Part shown: positions 24,625 through 39,760 of the stretch, in pieces | Position numbering within the stretch: the stretch's first letter is position 1 | Layout of the letters: the number at the start of each line of letters is the position of its first letter | Origin: Octopus sinensis | Lineage: Eukaryota | NCBI RefSeq assembly: GCF_006345805.1 | Contig: NC_042998.1 | Span: forward strand, 16,120,001 to 16,184,000 | Direction: 5' to 3' | DNA length: 64,000 bases | Translations under genes and position numbers: made by a program | The notes under the pieces: model-generated | What the model was told of the DNA's origin: nothing | The model's input: only the letters and a program-made list of their open reading frames with translations | The model's database searches: none

Positions 24625-24736
24625 ATGGAGAAGGAAAGATCTAGAGAAGGGAAGACAGAAGAAAAAAATAGCCAACGGTACACACACACAGACACACACA
24701 CACACACACACACATACACACACACACACACACACA

Positions 24737-24774
<38 letters not shown>

Positions 24775-25359
24775 GGTCTTAACCTGTTTCAATGTTAACA
24801 CCATATGTTGATGGTGATTGCCCCGGTTTATTCCTCCTTAGCTAGTTCTCTAGAGCGGTCTCTGCAATATTGGTCAAACGAGTATAAGGCATTCAGTTTC
24901 CATTTACCGAACCCATCTTTGATCTCAAATTTGTAGTCAGTTTAGCCCATAATTTCGAATTCTGGACAAGCTATGTCATCCCTATCTATTGTGCTACAAA
25001 ATACTCTATCTAGATAGCATCGGGAAGACACAGTACTGTTTACATATGCTCACATTACCACATACGAGTAATCCAGTCGGTATTTGGCAGCCAGTTGGAA
25101 ACAACTTGGATTTTCATAGATTTTACAAGAAAAACAGTATTATTATTATGTCTCATTCCTTCTCCTGGGTATTGGAACTTATAACTGGAATTCGACCAAA
25201 GTTGACAAAGGCCGATAGAAAGTAAATGATGTAGAAACCTTCTTAGAAATGTAATAATAAAAATACTTTCGGATACGGAAATGTGCACATTGTTTTCTCA
25301 AGGCAAACTGACCGGTTATTTTTGTCAAGATTCACCAGGAAAGCTAGTGCTTCCTGTGA

Positions 25360-25610
25360 GATATATCAGTATGAAAAGACGATAATATATCTCTGAGGAA
25401 ATGGAGCGACTTTCCAAATAAAGAGATCGGAAAATAAGGACGAACAGAATGTGAATATTGAAATTAGGAACAATACCTATTATATCAGATGTCTTCTGAA
25501 TGATTAAAACAGATGCAGACAAATAGATAACCAAAATCCCATGGCGTAGACTTCCACACAAAACACAGTTAATTGCACTTACTATTCATGGCATACATCA
25601 TTACGCTTCA
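25360..25610 (+). mobile_element. Older, more diverged R4/Dong LINE 3' fragment
   Basis: GATAATATATCTCTGAGGAAATGGAGCGACTTTCCAAATAAAGAGATC aligns with the copy at 40551-40926. Confidence 0.65.
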
Positions 25611-26206
25611 ACACTACGTTTAGTGACAAGCAGACATATTTATCTTATGAATACTTCTCATTAAAGACACATTAATAAATTCTATCACAAAACGATAAAA
25701 TAATTAGTACCGGTGTTATAATTAATGTGAAACAAAAACACTGGACGTTAATAATATGCCATCATAAGAACTTGTAAACTTTCGGGAAAAGTAGAATAAT
25801 TATATTGGAATTATATCTCGAAGTACTTATATATCTATTAATAGCTGTTTGTAAATATTGGGTTGTAAAGTCCTTTTCTATAGCAATAAAAAAAAAATTG
25901 ATGCATATTTATGGTACTCGAACCTTCGTCTCTTGTATATATGACAGGCATTCTAACACCATACAAATCAATCGCTTGAATTAGTTTCTGTTTTACAAAT
26001 TTTATTTTTAACAACGAGAATTGTTTGTTGATGTAATTTTTTTTTTAATTAGAAAGAAGTGAAAAAATCCTGTTTTACAAAGTTCAGTGTTAGAATATTG
26101 TCCTGTCGTCTACAGGATATATGGTTTCCAATCTCACTGGTAACCTTCGTCTTTTGTTATGCCAAATCTTTCCTAACTATTTATAGTTTGTGTATATACA
26201 CCTAGT

Positions 26207-26495
26207 GAAAGCGCATGGCTTAGAGGTTAGAGTATTCCGATCTTAAGATGGTGAGTTCAGTTCCCAGCGGTACGCTGTGTTCTTCAGCAATACACTTTAT
26301 TTCGCGTTGCTCCACTCCACTCAGCTGGTAAATTGAGTAGCACTTGTATTTCAAAGGTCTTGCCTTGTTACAATTTGTACCGTGCTGGCCCTCCCTGAGA
26401 ACTACATTAATGGTACACCTCACTGTGAACTGCAGTGCCTCTTAAACTTAATTTCACGAGCAGGCTGCTCCGTTGGTTAGATTAACTGGAACCCT
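26207..26495 (+). mobile_element. tRNA-derived CORE-like SINE, diverged
   Basis: Head GCGCATGGCTTAGAGGTTAG...GAGTTCAGTTCCC, then CORE-like TGTTCTTCAGCAATACACTTTATTTCGCGTTGCTCCA...CTCAGCTGGTAAATTGAGT. Confidence 0.7.
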
Positions 26496-27065
26496 ATATA
26501 TTAGATGTAATTTAAAAGTGGTGGTGCAGATGGAAGAACAAAGCAGAAAAACATGTATGAAAAATAAAATATGGAAATGGGCAATTGGTTAAATATTAAA
26601 AATAACGAATATTTGCTTCTAGTTGAGTTGTCGTTAAGTAATTATTACTTTCGAGGTTCTGCTAGCCAGGAAACATATATAGACTGGATTTTATCTCCTC
26701 CATTCCAACAATTTGGATTTTTATTCACATTTATAGCAACCCTAGATGCTAACCGTGAACTATAAAAGAAAAAAATATCTTTCAACTTATTGAACCTATA
26801 TATGGGGGGAAAAAACCCAACGACCTTTTTACGCCTATAAAGTACTATTGTTCCTGAAAGTTGTGCATCAAACTTAGGAAATTCCTTGGATCTTATAATT
26901 AATATTATGTATATATATATATATAATATAGATATATATATTATATATATATATAATATATATATATATATTATATATATATATATATATATATGTATGT
27001 CTATCTATCTATCTATCTATATATATATTATATATATATTATATTATATATATATAATAATAAGT

Positions 27066-27410
27066 GAAGGCGCGTGGCTCAGGGGTTAGAGCGTCCAGCT
27101 CACGATCGTGAGGCTGTGAGCTCGAATCCCGGACCGGCTGCGTGCGTGTTGTGTTCTTGAGCAAGACACTTTATCTCACGTTGCTCCAGTTCACTCAGCT
27201 GTAGAAATGAGTTGCGACGTCACGGGTGCCAAGCTGTATCGGCCCTTGCCTTTCCCCTGGACAACATCGGTGACGTGCAGAGGGGAGGCGGTATGCATGG
27301 GCGACTGCTGGTCTTCCATAAAAAAAAAAAAACAACCTTGCCCAGACTTGTGCCTCAGAGGGTAACTCTCTAGGTGCAAACCCATGGTCAGTGTCTGACC
27401 GAAGGGGGTC
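27066..27410 (+). mobile_element. tRNA-derived CORE-like SINE, family 3
   Basis: Box A GGCGCGTGGCTCAGGGGTTAG, box B GCTCGAATCCC, CORE-like GTGTTCTTGAGCAAGACACTTTAT...CACTCAGCTGTAGAAATGAGT. The 3' tail differs from that of the 26207 copy. Confidence 0.85.
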
Positions 27411-28125
27411 ACTCACTCACTATATATATATATATATAAATATATATGTGTGTGTGTGTATGTATTTGTGGGTGCATGTGTGTGTATAGTTAGGTATATG
27501 TCTGGTCATAGAGCGACCAGTGGTTTGTATGTGTGTTTTGTCTTCTTCAAGGAAATTCCAATTCAATCTTATTTCCATGTTTTATTATTTGCAATTTTTG
27601 CAATTAAAAATTTTACAATATTGAAATAAACTAGGACTTTCATGTTTAACGCAATCGTCAGGTTTATGTAGTGACACTCGTGTTACACAATTAGAACTGC
27701 AGCGAAATTTTCTGATTTATCCTTTAAATCTCCTCCAATCGGTTCTAGTAGTCTAAACTTTATGAAACTCTATGTTGACCAATCAGCATGTGGATCAGAT
27801 GTCACGGACTGGTGAGCGCGCCAAATATGTTCTCACTGTATTTGAACCAATCCCTATGTGGTTTAAACGTCAACATCAAGGTTTCTTTACTTTTACCGCA
27901 CCAGGACGAATAATTGGATGATTTTGGAATGTTGTAAACAACATACCTGTCTTCATTGAATTGTATTGTTACTCCAGAAATTTTTACATTTCAAAGGAGT
28001 CAATTTTCATTTGATCCACACTGCTAACATGCTCCCATCACCTTTATTATTGTTGCTAGTGGTGGCGGTGGTAGCTCTACTAATAACAATAGTATGTATT
28101 ACTATTATTATTATTATTATTATTA

Positions 28126-28868
28126 TTCAGTAGTTTTATTGTTATAGCGTGCTTTCACTTCACTACCGAGCGCAGCTCTGTGTGTCTTGGGTATGTGCTG
28201 TGATTTGTTGTGATGCTCTGATGGTTATTGTATGGAAAGTGTTCTGTGTAGGATGTGTGCAGTGCCTAGTGGTGCAATTTTCTGTATGTATATGTGTTTT
28301 TGTAAGTCCTGGTGTCTTTGTTATGTATTTGTCTGAATATTTTTTTATCATGCCTAATGCACCTACTATGATAGGAATTGTTTCTGTTTTCACGTTCCAC
28401 ATTCTAGTTACCTCTATTTCCAGGTCTTTGTATTTTGAGAGTTTCTCCATTTCTTTTAGAGACACGTTGTCATCTGCCGGTATTGATACATCAATTAGAA
28501 AGCATTTTTTTCTTCATGATCTCTGACAACTATATCTGGTCTGTTGGCCTTAATTTCTCTATCTGTGTGTATTGGCATATCCCAGAGTATGGTTGCTTTC
28601 TCGTTTTCTGTGACCTTTTCTGGTGTGTGCCTATACCATCTTTTTTCTGTTGTTATTCCATAATTTTGGCATAGCTTCCAATGTATGTAGGTTCCAACTC
28701 TGTCATGTCTGTGAATATATTCCTTCTTAGCCAGGACTGGGCACTAGAGATAAATGATTTATTGTTTCTTGTCCATCTCCACATATTCTGCAGTTACTTG
28801 TAATATTTCTTTCATTCATGTTTTTGGTAATTTCTGGTGGGGAGGCTTTGGTCTTGTGCTGCAATTTA
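28126..28868 (-). mobile_element. R4/Dong-clade LINE 3' fragment (zinc knuckle plus RLE)
   Basis: Reads IAAQDQSLPTRNYQKH, CRICGDGQETINH, RPDIVV, LIDVSIP and KEMEKLSKYKDLEIEVTRMW. Both ends abut (TAA)n tracts. Confidence 0.9.
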
Positions 28869-28895
28869 ATATAATAAATAATAATAAAATTATTA

Positions 28896-28947
<52 letters not shown>

Positions 28948-29149
28948 TATTTTATTATTATTATCCTCCTCATAATTATCATCGTTGCTATAGCTGTCCA
29001 TTTTGAACGGGTTTGAATTTATGAATGAAATTTTTTTCTCTGACTTTTTACTCAATTTCAGTTGATTCGTGTAGTTTGTAGAATAGGAATATCATAAAAT
29101 TTCTTTTGACCACATGTTGCCAGATGGTTGCTTAAATGTATCTGACGGA

Positions 29150-29620
29150 TATCAGGTTTCCGTATATGCTATCGGTGCATAAGCGAATGTTCAGATAATG
29201 CGTTGCCAGCTAGACCAACCTATATTGCTTCACGTGTTCCTCACTCATAAGTGCAGTGACCTCCAGTTAGGGAGCTCGTGTAGCTCTCGATTTCAACGTT
29301 AGGAGACTTCGCTTCCAGGATCTTCCATTCATATATCACTGCATACCCATCCCGCCTTGAGTGCAGGAAGTAAAGTCGTAGCACTTTCCGTCTCGCCCAG
29401 TAGTTCAGCTGTTCCATTGATGTAATCTTCCTGGTTTAACACCGCTGAGTTACACTCGAGTTCTGCTATTAATTTGATACTGTCGGATGACCACATTTGA
29501 GAGCAGTAGTCCAGAGAGCTGAGAACGAATGTCCTTTATCCATCTTGGGGATATGTACGTGAAGCATGGCATCGTTGCTCATATCAATCCCCAGATCACC
29601 CACTATGTGATTCTCAGTTT
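29150..29620 (-). mobile_element. Decayed CR1-type LINE 3' region
   Basis: Reads DLGIDMSNDAMLHVHIPKM and RKITSMEQLNYWARRKVLRLYFLHSRRDGYAVIYEWKILE. Same family as 21270-21950. Confidence 0.75.
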
Positions 29621-29778
29621 GCCTATATATATGCACACGTATATATGCATGTATATATGTACGTGTGTAAGTCTGTATGTGTTTGTGTGGGGTGTGTATG
29701 CGAACGTGCATGTATATTTATCTCTCATTGAATGGAATATACTTGTGTTGATCCTAACACAATCGGAGCTGCAAAGTA

Positions 29779-30225
<447 letters not shown>

Positions 30226-30621
30226 TATTCTGTCTCGCACATCCCAATATCTATGTAAACACATTAAACAAATACAGCTATAAATATCATTGCAACACTG
30301 GACACACAGAAAAAATTATCAATGAGATTCGAGAAGAGACTTCAGCCGGATTTTTTAAATTATAAACAAATGCACTGTTTCCCATAAATGCGAAATATCT
30401 GCTATGCCAGACCAGCGACATTTTATAACTTAGTAAGCTATCCAAGAAATGCACTTACGAAAGGGCTAGTCTTCATATGCATAATTTTCCGAGTCCCGAA
30501 GCGAAAAGTGATTAGAGGTACAAATATCCTGACATATGTATGCATTTGCACATTAACGCCCTCCCCTTGCATACAGGGAGAGACAGACAAACACACACAC
30601 ACACACATATCTGTGTGTTTG

Positions 30622-30656
<35 letters not shown>

Positions 30657-30924
30657 TAGTGTGTGTGTGCATGCATATATCTTGACATATATTATATAGG
30701 TACATATATACATATATATGTATATATATATATATTATATATATATATATATGGTGTGTGTGTGTGTGTGTTTGTGTGGGTGTGCATACATACATATATA
30801 CGCATTACATATATATATATATATATGCATGGACTTATATGTACATATGCTTGTGCATGGGCGTGTAATGTCTGTGGCTTTCTGTATGCATATATGTAAA
30901 TTCATACGTATATATACATATATA

Positions 30925-30966
<42 letters not shown>

Positions 30967-31733
30967 ATATATATTATATATATATATATATATTATATAT
31001 AATATATATATATATCTATTTTATATATATATATATCGATAGATAGATAGATACATAGAAACATAGATATACGTATAAATATATGTGCCAATATGTAGTA
31101 ATGTCTGAGTGTGACACTATTCCTGTATAATGGAAATATATTTTATTTTTATTATAATAGGCATACACAGAATTATTTAGTTCGTGAGGTAACATTTGCG
31201 TGCTTATTTCTATAGTAGGTTACCATTCCCATACCAGCAAAACATACCTTTCCAATACAGGAGCATTTAATGCGGCCTTCATGTGTCCAAAACTACATCA
31301 ATAGTAAAGATTGGTCGTCTGCCAGTCTAATTTCTCTGTTATTATTCAGCTTGGGTACTTCAGCGTCTGGAAATAAACCTGGCAACACGTTACGGATAAC
31401 GATATGTATTTAAAGAAAGCCAACATGCCAACTGCAATATTCCCAAGTCAATAATATAGGAAGCCAATTTTTATAGCGTTAACTGAATTTTTAGAAGCTA
31501 ACAAAAGAATAACCACAGTAGATGAAATAATACGTGCGTGTAAAATGATATACATGTATAACAATACATATATATGCATATATATATATATATGTAATAT
31601 GCATCTCTATGTATAAGCACAATTCTGTGTGCGAATATATATAAATAAATAAATATGCATATCACATATATATATATACATATATATATACATCATATAT
31701 ATATATACATATATATGCTTATATATATATGTT

Positions 31734-31807
<74 letters not shown>

Positions 31808-32002
31808 ACATATTATATATATATATATATATATAATATATTAATGCTATATATATATGTATATTATATATACAACCAAACACAATCAGTCATATATATG
31901 ATATATATTCTAATATATCGGCGCATGTTATTGTGGTGTATGCATGGATGTTACTGACATATAAGTACACTAATTATATGTACGCCTCTTGATATACGCA
32001 AA

Positions 32003-32042
<40 letters not shown>

Positions 32043-32436
32043 CGCAGACACACAAATGTTTCCCCAGACAAAATCGTTTGGAGAAGAACAAAGAAACGGA
32101 CAATCATCCGCACATACACACGTACACACCCACGCACACACACACACATACACATACACATATATAAATACATATATAAAACAAGATAGGTCTGTATTCC
32201 AATGCTTGTGGATATTCGTGTGTGCATCTGTGGGCGCATGTCGTGCGATTCGGCGAGTCTGTGTTGGGGCGAGCTTCGATGCGTTGGGGCTGTATACATA
32301 CGTATATGTGTGTGTATGTACACGCACGTGAATACAAACACATACGTAAAGTAGTAGTAGTTGTAGTAGTAGTATTAGTAGCAGTATTAGTTGCTGTTGT
32401 GTAATAGTAGTAGTAGTAGTAGTAGTAGTAATAGTG

Positions 32437-32467
<31 letters not shown>

Positions 32468-32970
32468 TAGCAGTAGTAGTAGTGGTGGTAGTAAAATAAT
32501 AATAATACAAAGAAGAAGAAGAAGAAGAAGAAGAAGAAGAAGAAGAAGAAGAGAAAGAAGAATCCTTGCACCGCGTTGCGCGTTTCGACAAATTACTTGT
32601 TACTTACGATCATAGTTTGTATTCCTGAGATGATTACAGTACAACCCGTATTTTCGACGGACATCAGGTGATCATAATTCCTGCTTTCATTTCATCAGGG
32701 GATATTGCTTTGAAGCTGAAAGCAACGAATATATAACTGAGAGGTGCTTATTAATTTTCACCTGCCAAGTGGTTCGTTGGGATGTGTGAGCTGTTCTGCA
32801 TATTTGGTGAGGAACAATAGAAAGTGATAGTTTCGCACAACATGTATTCACAGATGCACACAAAAATATATACGTGTGTGCTTGTGTTCGTGCGTGATTG
32901 GTGTGCATGTATATATATATATATATCTATATATATACTTTATTTAAAAGCAGCAGAAATTCAACAAAAC

Positions 32971-33008
32971 CTGTTGCTCGGAGTTTCACATTCCCGTTCG
33001 TCGGACAG
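32971..33008 (-). ncRNA. Hammerhead-like motif (U4C, U16.1C variant) in a short (AT)n-flanked repeat
   Basis: Minus strand: CTGT-CCGACGA-ACG-GGAA-TGT-GAAA-CTC-C-GAG-CA-ACAG. Stems I, II and III can all form. Confidence 0.5.
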
Positions 33009-33084
33009 TTTTGTTAAAATATTACCCTACCCCTGGTATTTGAGTACTCTTTTTTCCACCTTGTTTCACATCATATGTTTACTC

Positions 33085-33163
<79 letters not shown>

Positions 33164-33201
33164 AGAGACAGAGAGACAGAGACAGAGACAGAGACAGACA
33201 T

Positions 33202-33250
<49 letters not shown>

Positions 33251-34692
33251 CAGAGATTGAAATATACAGATAAGGAAATAATTTTATTCTGAAACGCATA
33301 TATATCTGTGCGTGTGTGTGTGTATATATCAATGTGTGTATATAAATACATGCATACTCGTGAGCATGCTAATGCCGCTGCAAATACTAATGTGTCTGCC
33401 GGTCCATTTTGTCTACATTAGTTCGATGCATACCTGCTTACTATTGACTTTAGCAGAAATTATACGGACGCCATGTTAGTTTAGTTTCATTTTGAGAGAT
33501 ACAGAGTAATACACTTTTTCACCATGTACAGAATGGATGCTTATAATTGTGTCATTAACACATTAAGCAGTGATGATTATAATAACGTATTTAGAACTCT
33601 TTTACACTCTCTGGTTGATTCGATCGTCGATATCTGATATGTTCCGACATGTCCGTAGTGCATGTGCCTCCAACAAGATAAATAACTATTCCACTCCAGT
33701 ACCTCATTTTACTTTTATATGTATGTGTGTCTCTGTATATAATTGTACTTTTTACTGCTATATCCATATACATTTTAGAATATGTTTAACATCTGCACGC
33801 CGTCAAAGAATTTTTGTACTTCGCTATAGCTTATAAATAAGCAAACGCATATTTCCTTCTATGCAGGCTTCTAATAAAAAGCTAATTTCATAAGATAGAA
33901 ATATATAGATATAGATATATGTTAGTTATATGCAGATAACGTTTATGTCTTTATAGCTGATAATATTTATAGTTATTAATAGTCTTTTTGAAACTTGCTA
34001 CTAGTTCAAATATGCTCTAGGCATATTGGAAGCCATAAAAAAGCCATTCACTGCTTTTTATCATGTAGTAAATTTGTCGTTGTTGAGTCTGTAGTGTAAA
34101 CAAATAACCTGCGAACACGTCGATGTAGCTCGAAGTGCCCCTAACATGACTGATGGATCCTGATGGAGTGATTATCGCCCTTTCAGTACTAGACCGGTTT
34201 TTAGATATTTCTCGCTGAACTTCTGACATGTGAAGCTCCTTAGTCTGAGAAATGTAGGACATGGTACATGCATGTGTGTTTACGTTTTTGAATACGTTAT
34301 GAGATAGCTTGTGAGAGAATGAGGTGTGTGTATGAAACACAACTGAGCTGAGAGAAAAAAAAATTGAGATTAGCTAGTGGCATAAATTTCGACAAAATTC
34401 CAATAAATTATATTTAATACCAAACATGTTTTACGCTCACTATAATTAGATTGGATTCAAAGAAGATATAAGATAAGTACTGTTTGTCGATGTGGAAGTT
34501 TATGACGGAAACACGTGTTCAAAATTGTTCTCTCTCTAATTCTGATAACGAAACGCAAACAACAGGTGCATTGTTGTGCTTGCCATATCAGTTCCGGGGA
34601 GCGCTTCATAAATATAGTACCTTACCTATCAGCTTCAAATGAGCGAATGTTTGATCTTCCTAAAACTAGATGCGAAGTGCTACCTACAATAA

Positions 34693-34748
<56 letters not shown>

Positions 34749-35050
34749 AATTAATAAATAAAATAAAGCATATGCATATATACATACATATATGTACGTA
34801 CCTAACTCTACATGTATATATACATGCATATATGGGTACAGGACACCAAAAAAAAAACGTCGAACACAATGAGAAACGAAAACATAAACACAAAACCAAG
34901 GAATTGGACATTTTTCTTAAACAACGAAAAAATAGAGTACAGGACATACAATACAAGAAAAAATCCCCTTCTTCAGTCGCCTTTGTTTCATCTACTCCGC
35001 GTTTCGAAGGTCAAGGCGAGACATGACTTTATTGAAACATTCCTTCCCGT
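34749..35050. repeat. Diverged solo relative of the first ~300 bp of the 833-bp tandem unit
   Basis: Shares CATATATGTAC.TACCTA..TCTACATGTATATATACATGCATATAT, GTACAGGACA, CCCC.TC.TCAG and GTTTCGAAGG...CCTTCC with 12669-12971. Confidence 0.7.
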
Positions 35051-35496
35051 GAAGGACGGCTGATATCTACAAGCTTTTTTCATTCTCTCTCTGTTTACTT
35101 TCCCTTATTCCATTCTGTCGAAGAGAATATGCACGAAACCTTTTCATTTTTCCCGACCGTCAAAGTAATATATTTGCTCGTTGTTCACACATCTTTGTTC
35201 GTCTTTTGTTTTCCCATAATTTTCAACTATGTATATATATATAGTTATATATACACAAATATATATATATATAAGTTCATGCGTTTGCGCTTTGATATGC
35301 GTGAGTGTGTATCAGCGTTTATGTTAGCACAGGTGAGGGCTTTACTCCTTTTGCTGCCGTTCTCTTTTTTCATCTGAAAGAGACTGACCGTACAAATGCG
35401 TGTGCACGTGCCTATCAATTTTACTCCTGATGCATTGCTTTCGATCTCATTATGTGTGTGTGTGTGTGTGTGTGAATGTTATCTGTATTACATCCA

Positions 35497-35720
35497 TAAG
35501 GCGGCGAGCTGGCAGAAACGTTAGCACGCCGGGCGTAATGCGTAGCCGTATTTCGTCTGCCGTTACGTTGTGAGTTCAAATTCCGCCGAGGTCTACTTTG
35601 CCTTTCATCCTTTCGGGGTCGATAAATTAAGTACCAGTTACGCGCTGGGGTCAATATAATCGACTTAATCCCTTTGTCTGTCCCCTCTATGTTTAGCTCC
35701 TTGAGGGCAATAAAGAAATA
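35497..35720 (+). mobile_element. tRNA-derived SINE, family 1, full length with 17-bp TSD
   Basis: AAGGCGGCGAGCTGGCAGAAACGTTAGC...GAGTTCAAATTCC...AATAAAGAAATA. TSD TATCTGTATTAYATCCA at 35480-35496 and 35721-35737. Confidence 0.92.
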
Positions 35721-36534
35721 TATCTGTATTATATCCACCGTAAATTTAATAAATTTCTCTTCGGGGATTATTGATATACAAAAATGTGAAAAAAAAACTG
35801 TACCTGTGTGTGTATTTTCGGTTGCTTTCGGTGACTTTCATACACATCTCTAACATAAAACACGTTGCGTTTCATTTGCCTGCACTGATATCCTTTACTT
35901 TAAAACTCCAGCAAAGAATGGTTTGTAAATTTAGTACAAGACTGAAATAGGTATAGCAATCGATGAACTAAATCGTCTGTAGTGGGACATCATCATAAGG
36001 GCGAAAATCCATTCATTTATTGATATCCGTAAAGGAAACGTTTGCATACCACTGTGTCTGCTTGTTCCTGTATTCGTTCGAGCATGTGTATGTATGTTTA
36101 TGTGTGATTAAAAACAGAAAGAGTGTGAAAGTTAAATATGCTCGTTTTTCAGCTCATATATTATATTTCTTTAAGGAAAGAAAGCACGCAATGTGTCAGC
36201 GAAGTAAGTAAATATGATTCTGAAATATGTATACACATTTCATCATATCAAACCATTAATCCCTACACATTTTTCTCTCCGTTATTTTTATTTTCATTCC
36301 CTTGGTGTTTTTCTTTTTCTTAATCCTTTTCTTCGAAGAGTGTAGGCTCGAAACGCCAAAGACTTTTACACTCTTCCCGAGGTTTAGGCTAATGTACCTG
36401 CATGTTATTACTACACATATCTTCGTCTTTTCTGTAAATTTGAACTACATGTAGATGAATGTACATGTGTATATATCTATATGTACGAATATGTACATAT
36501 GTGTATGTGTGTTTGCATATATATATATATATAT

Positions 36535-36580
<46 letters not shown>

Positions 36581-37414
36581 GTCTGTGTGTATAAAATTAG
36601 ATATTAAAACTTTTTAAAATTCTATCTACCGGTGTAAAATTACTACGCGTAATCAAGTGTATTTTTATATTGGAGGCGCATCTTCCAGTTATCTAAAAGA
36701 ATTTCTAATCATTAATCTACATTTAGGGATAGTAATAAACGTAACAGTACAGGGCTTAGTAAATTAATTTGGGATCTAAGCAATGTACAACCGTATCAAC
36801 AAATAAATTCGTATGTAAATTACAAGCCCTCCTAAATCCGTAACTAAACTGACAACTCTTAAGTCATGAAATATTATAATCCCTACCGTTTTCTGTAGTG
36901 TAATATAAAAGTAAATCTTAAAGACCGCATTAATCTATCAATCAATATATAGGCAGGATTAAACACTAACCTTACTAACTCGAGACATTTAAATTAATGA
37001 ACATTGTATTGGCATTAATAATAAACTGCAATAACTAAATTATTTGCTAAATTGCGATACATCTTTAAGTCAATATATATAATAATCCTACCGGTCTTCT
37101 ATAGATATTAATATAATGTAAGTTCTTTCCTTATAAAATATTTCAAAACAAATCATGATTTAACTAATATGTTCATATGTGAAATACATTATTTCATCAT
37201 TCAAAAGTTAATAATATAACACCGACATTCTCATTAAAGTTATAATATTAAATTGCCGGTGACTAATATACACTCAAATTTCATTAAATATGAACTAAGA
37301 AATGTAGGTGTAATAAACTAATATTATAAGCTGTGCTATCTTTAAAGCTAATTAAACTGTTTAAAAACGATACAACTGTTTAAAACAAACAATACTACTA
37401 CATATACACGTATG

Positions 37415-37625
37415 TCTGGGTGTGTGTGTGTGTTTCTGTCTGTGTTTGTACCACCAACATCGAAATTATAGTGTTTATATCTCAGTTACTTAACCGTTTA
37501 GCAAGATATTTGACAGAATAAGTAATAGGCTTACAAAGAATAAATCATGGCGTCGATTTCTTCGGCTAAAGGCGGTGCTCCAGCATGTCTGCAGTCACAT
37601 CACCGAAACAAATAAAATGATAAAA
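37415..37625 (+). mobile_element. SINE family 2, 3' half
   Basis: AGAATAAGTAATAGGCTTACAAAGAATAA...AAAGGCGGTGCTCCAGCATG matches 16615-16690. Confidence 0.75.
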
Positions 37626-37946
37626 CAAAATATGCAATATTAATCCCAAGCAGCGCAGCGTATCTATGCTCATGTATTCATATATTTATATATATGTATG
37701 TATGAATGTTTGTATAGAAAATTAATATTACACCATAGTCGCATTTAGTGACATTTGTAATTGGCGAAACATTGCAAACTGTAGTTTATATTATTTATTT
37801 TAATTATATATATATATATATAAGAATGTGTGTATGTATATGTTTGTGTGTATTATATATATACATATATTAACTTTTACCTTCTACATATTTCAGTCAT
37901 ATGCCCGCGGCCCCATTACTTACATGTTGTTTTATCTTTAGATATC

Positions 37947-37990
<44 letters not shown>

Positions 37991-39179
37991 GTTTTGGGTT
38001 GCCACTATGATGATCGAACTTAAACCACATCAGTACCGATAAAGCATTTATTCGTTTGATTTTTATTTTTAGAATATGGCTCTACCATCAGAGAATATTT
38101 GAGAATGTCCATTCATATAATAGAATAGCTTATGACCAGTTTGGTTAGTTATATAAAATTAAGAAAGAAGTAAATATTTTCTTCTTTAACAATGGAAGCA
38201 CTATGGAACAACGTTATAAGAAAACAAATTACGATAATTAAATAACAATTTTATTTTGGCAATCATCCAAATACGCTCGTATTGCTAAATTGCCATGCCA
38301 AAACCTTCGTCTTGCTCACTACAACATATCTACGAATTTCCTGTCCTAATGACAGAGAGATTTTCCTGATAGTTAAGGTATTTCTAAAGATTATGTCGCA
38401 ATTTTAATTATCTAAATAGTCGCCTTGAAGTGTGTCAGTTTTGTCATTTCGCCATGAAAAAAACCCAAAAACACAGTACGGTTAGTGATTTGGACTTAGG
38501 TCAAAGGCATTGCGATATGTCCTTAGGTAAAAGACTTATCTCTATTTGAATCAGGTGTAGTACAGAAGATGAGAGCTATTAAACGATGCAGAATGATATG
38601 ATGATAACTAATGAGGAATTCAATGCATTATCCCTTGAACACTAAAACCATTTTGGCAAAAAAATTGTCTTTAATCGTGTAGAGGTAAATATGTAAATCT
38701 GCCAAATTTTAAGCATCAAAGAACGATCAGCTATCTCTTCAGCTTCTGGTCAACACAGTAATTTTATATCATACATTTTTTAGTGAATTTCTAAATCTGT
38801 AAATATTAGCACATTGACCTGTTAAATTTTGATTCATGTCAAATATTGTTTTTAATAATTTTAAGATGAATTGGCAAAGAATTGCATTATGTTTATTTAG
38901 ACATTATATATTCGATATTTTATGCTCACTTTAACCACTTGGGGTTCAATGATTTCAGTTTTCTTATAGTTGTTAGTTGGATATTTTTAGAAAAATATAT
39001 CGGACACAAGGTGTGTTCATTAGAAGAGAAAGTTCAAATCAAAATGTCAGGGTATCAAATATATGTGAACTGTTGTGAACTTTACGAAAACTATTTGTGC
39101 TTTTTCATATAAACACAGCGGATTATAACAGTATTAGAATACAATTAGAATATTCGTTCTCAATATTTGGTTCGGAATA

Positions 39180-39388
39180 AGACAGCGATCTGGCAGAATC
39201 GTTAGCAGACCGGGCAAAATGCTTAGCAACATTTCGTACGTCTTAACGTTCTGAATCAAATTCTGCCGAGGTCGGCGTTGTTTTTCATCCTTATGTCGTC
39301 AATAAAGAGTACATGTGGACAATGGGGGCGATGCAGTCAAATTAATCACTCCCTCAAACCAGCTGGCCTTGAGCCATATTTTGAAATG
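39180..39388 (+). mobile_element. SINE family 1, diverged, with 18-bp TSD
   Basis: Head GCGATCTGGCAGAATCGTTAGC. TSD AATATTTNNTTCGGAATA at 39162-39179 and 39389-39406. Confidence 0.8.
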
Positions 39389-39672
39389 AATATTTTATTC
39401 GGAATAGGGAATTGCTTCATAATTATTATGATCAATGCGTGAGCACGTCTAAAATAAACACAAATTCACACTTATATTTAAGCTTAAGCGCCAAGTATAA
39501 TTTACATATTATGACATATTCATCTGATGGATTTGTCTTTTGAAATATCGGATTAAATAAACATATATAGGAATAAATACTTCGACACTTATTAACCCAT
39601 TATAAAGCAACAAGATAACACAAACACATACACCTAAATTCCCACAACTACACATATATGCCCATATCCGGG

Positions 39673-39760
39673 TACGAGTGGGTACTGAAATGTTCCTGAC
39701 TTTGTGTAAATCAAAATATAGGAGGATTAGTTAATTTATTCAACATATTCCCCTCTCAAA
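39673..39760. mobile_element. Possible mariner-type terminal fragment
   Basis: TACGAGTGGGTACTGAAATGTTCCTGACTTT resembles TA-CGAGGG...AAAAGT mariner termini; no partner end found. Confidence 0.35.

Noticed and set aside
25900-26150. Weak inverted pair of tRNA-like segments
   Set aside because: Similarity is too low to define arms; probably old SINE heads.
27066-27140. tRNA gene
   Set aside because: The tRNA-like A/B boxes continue directly into a SINE core and there is no complete cloverleaf. The same holds for the other SINE heads.
27690-28030. Possible Tc1-like transposase remnant on the minus strand
   Set aside because: Too decayed to read catalytic motifs or TIRs.
34109-34347. Possible minus-strand exon (strong acceptor TTTTTCTCTCAG, open frame of 79 codons)
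   Set aside because: The donor is weak (G|GTTATT), and no partner exons or homology were recognised.
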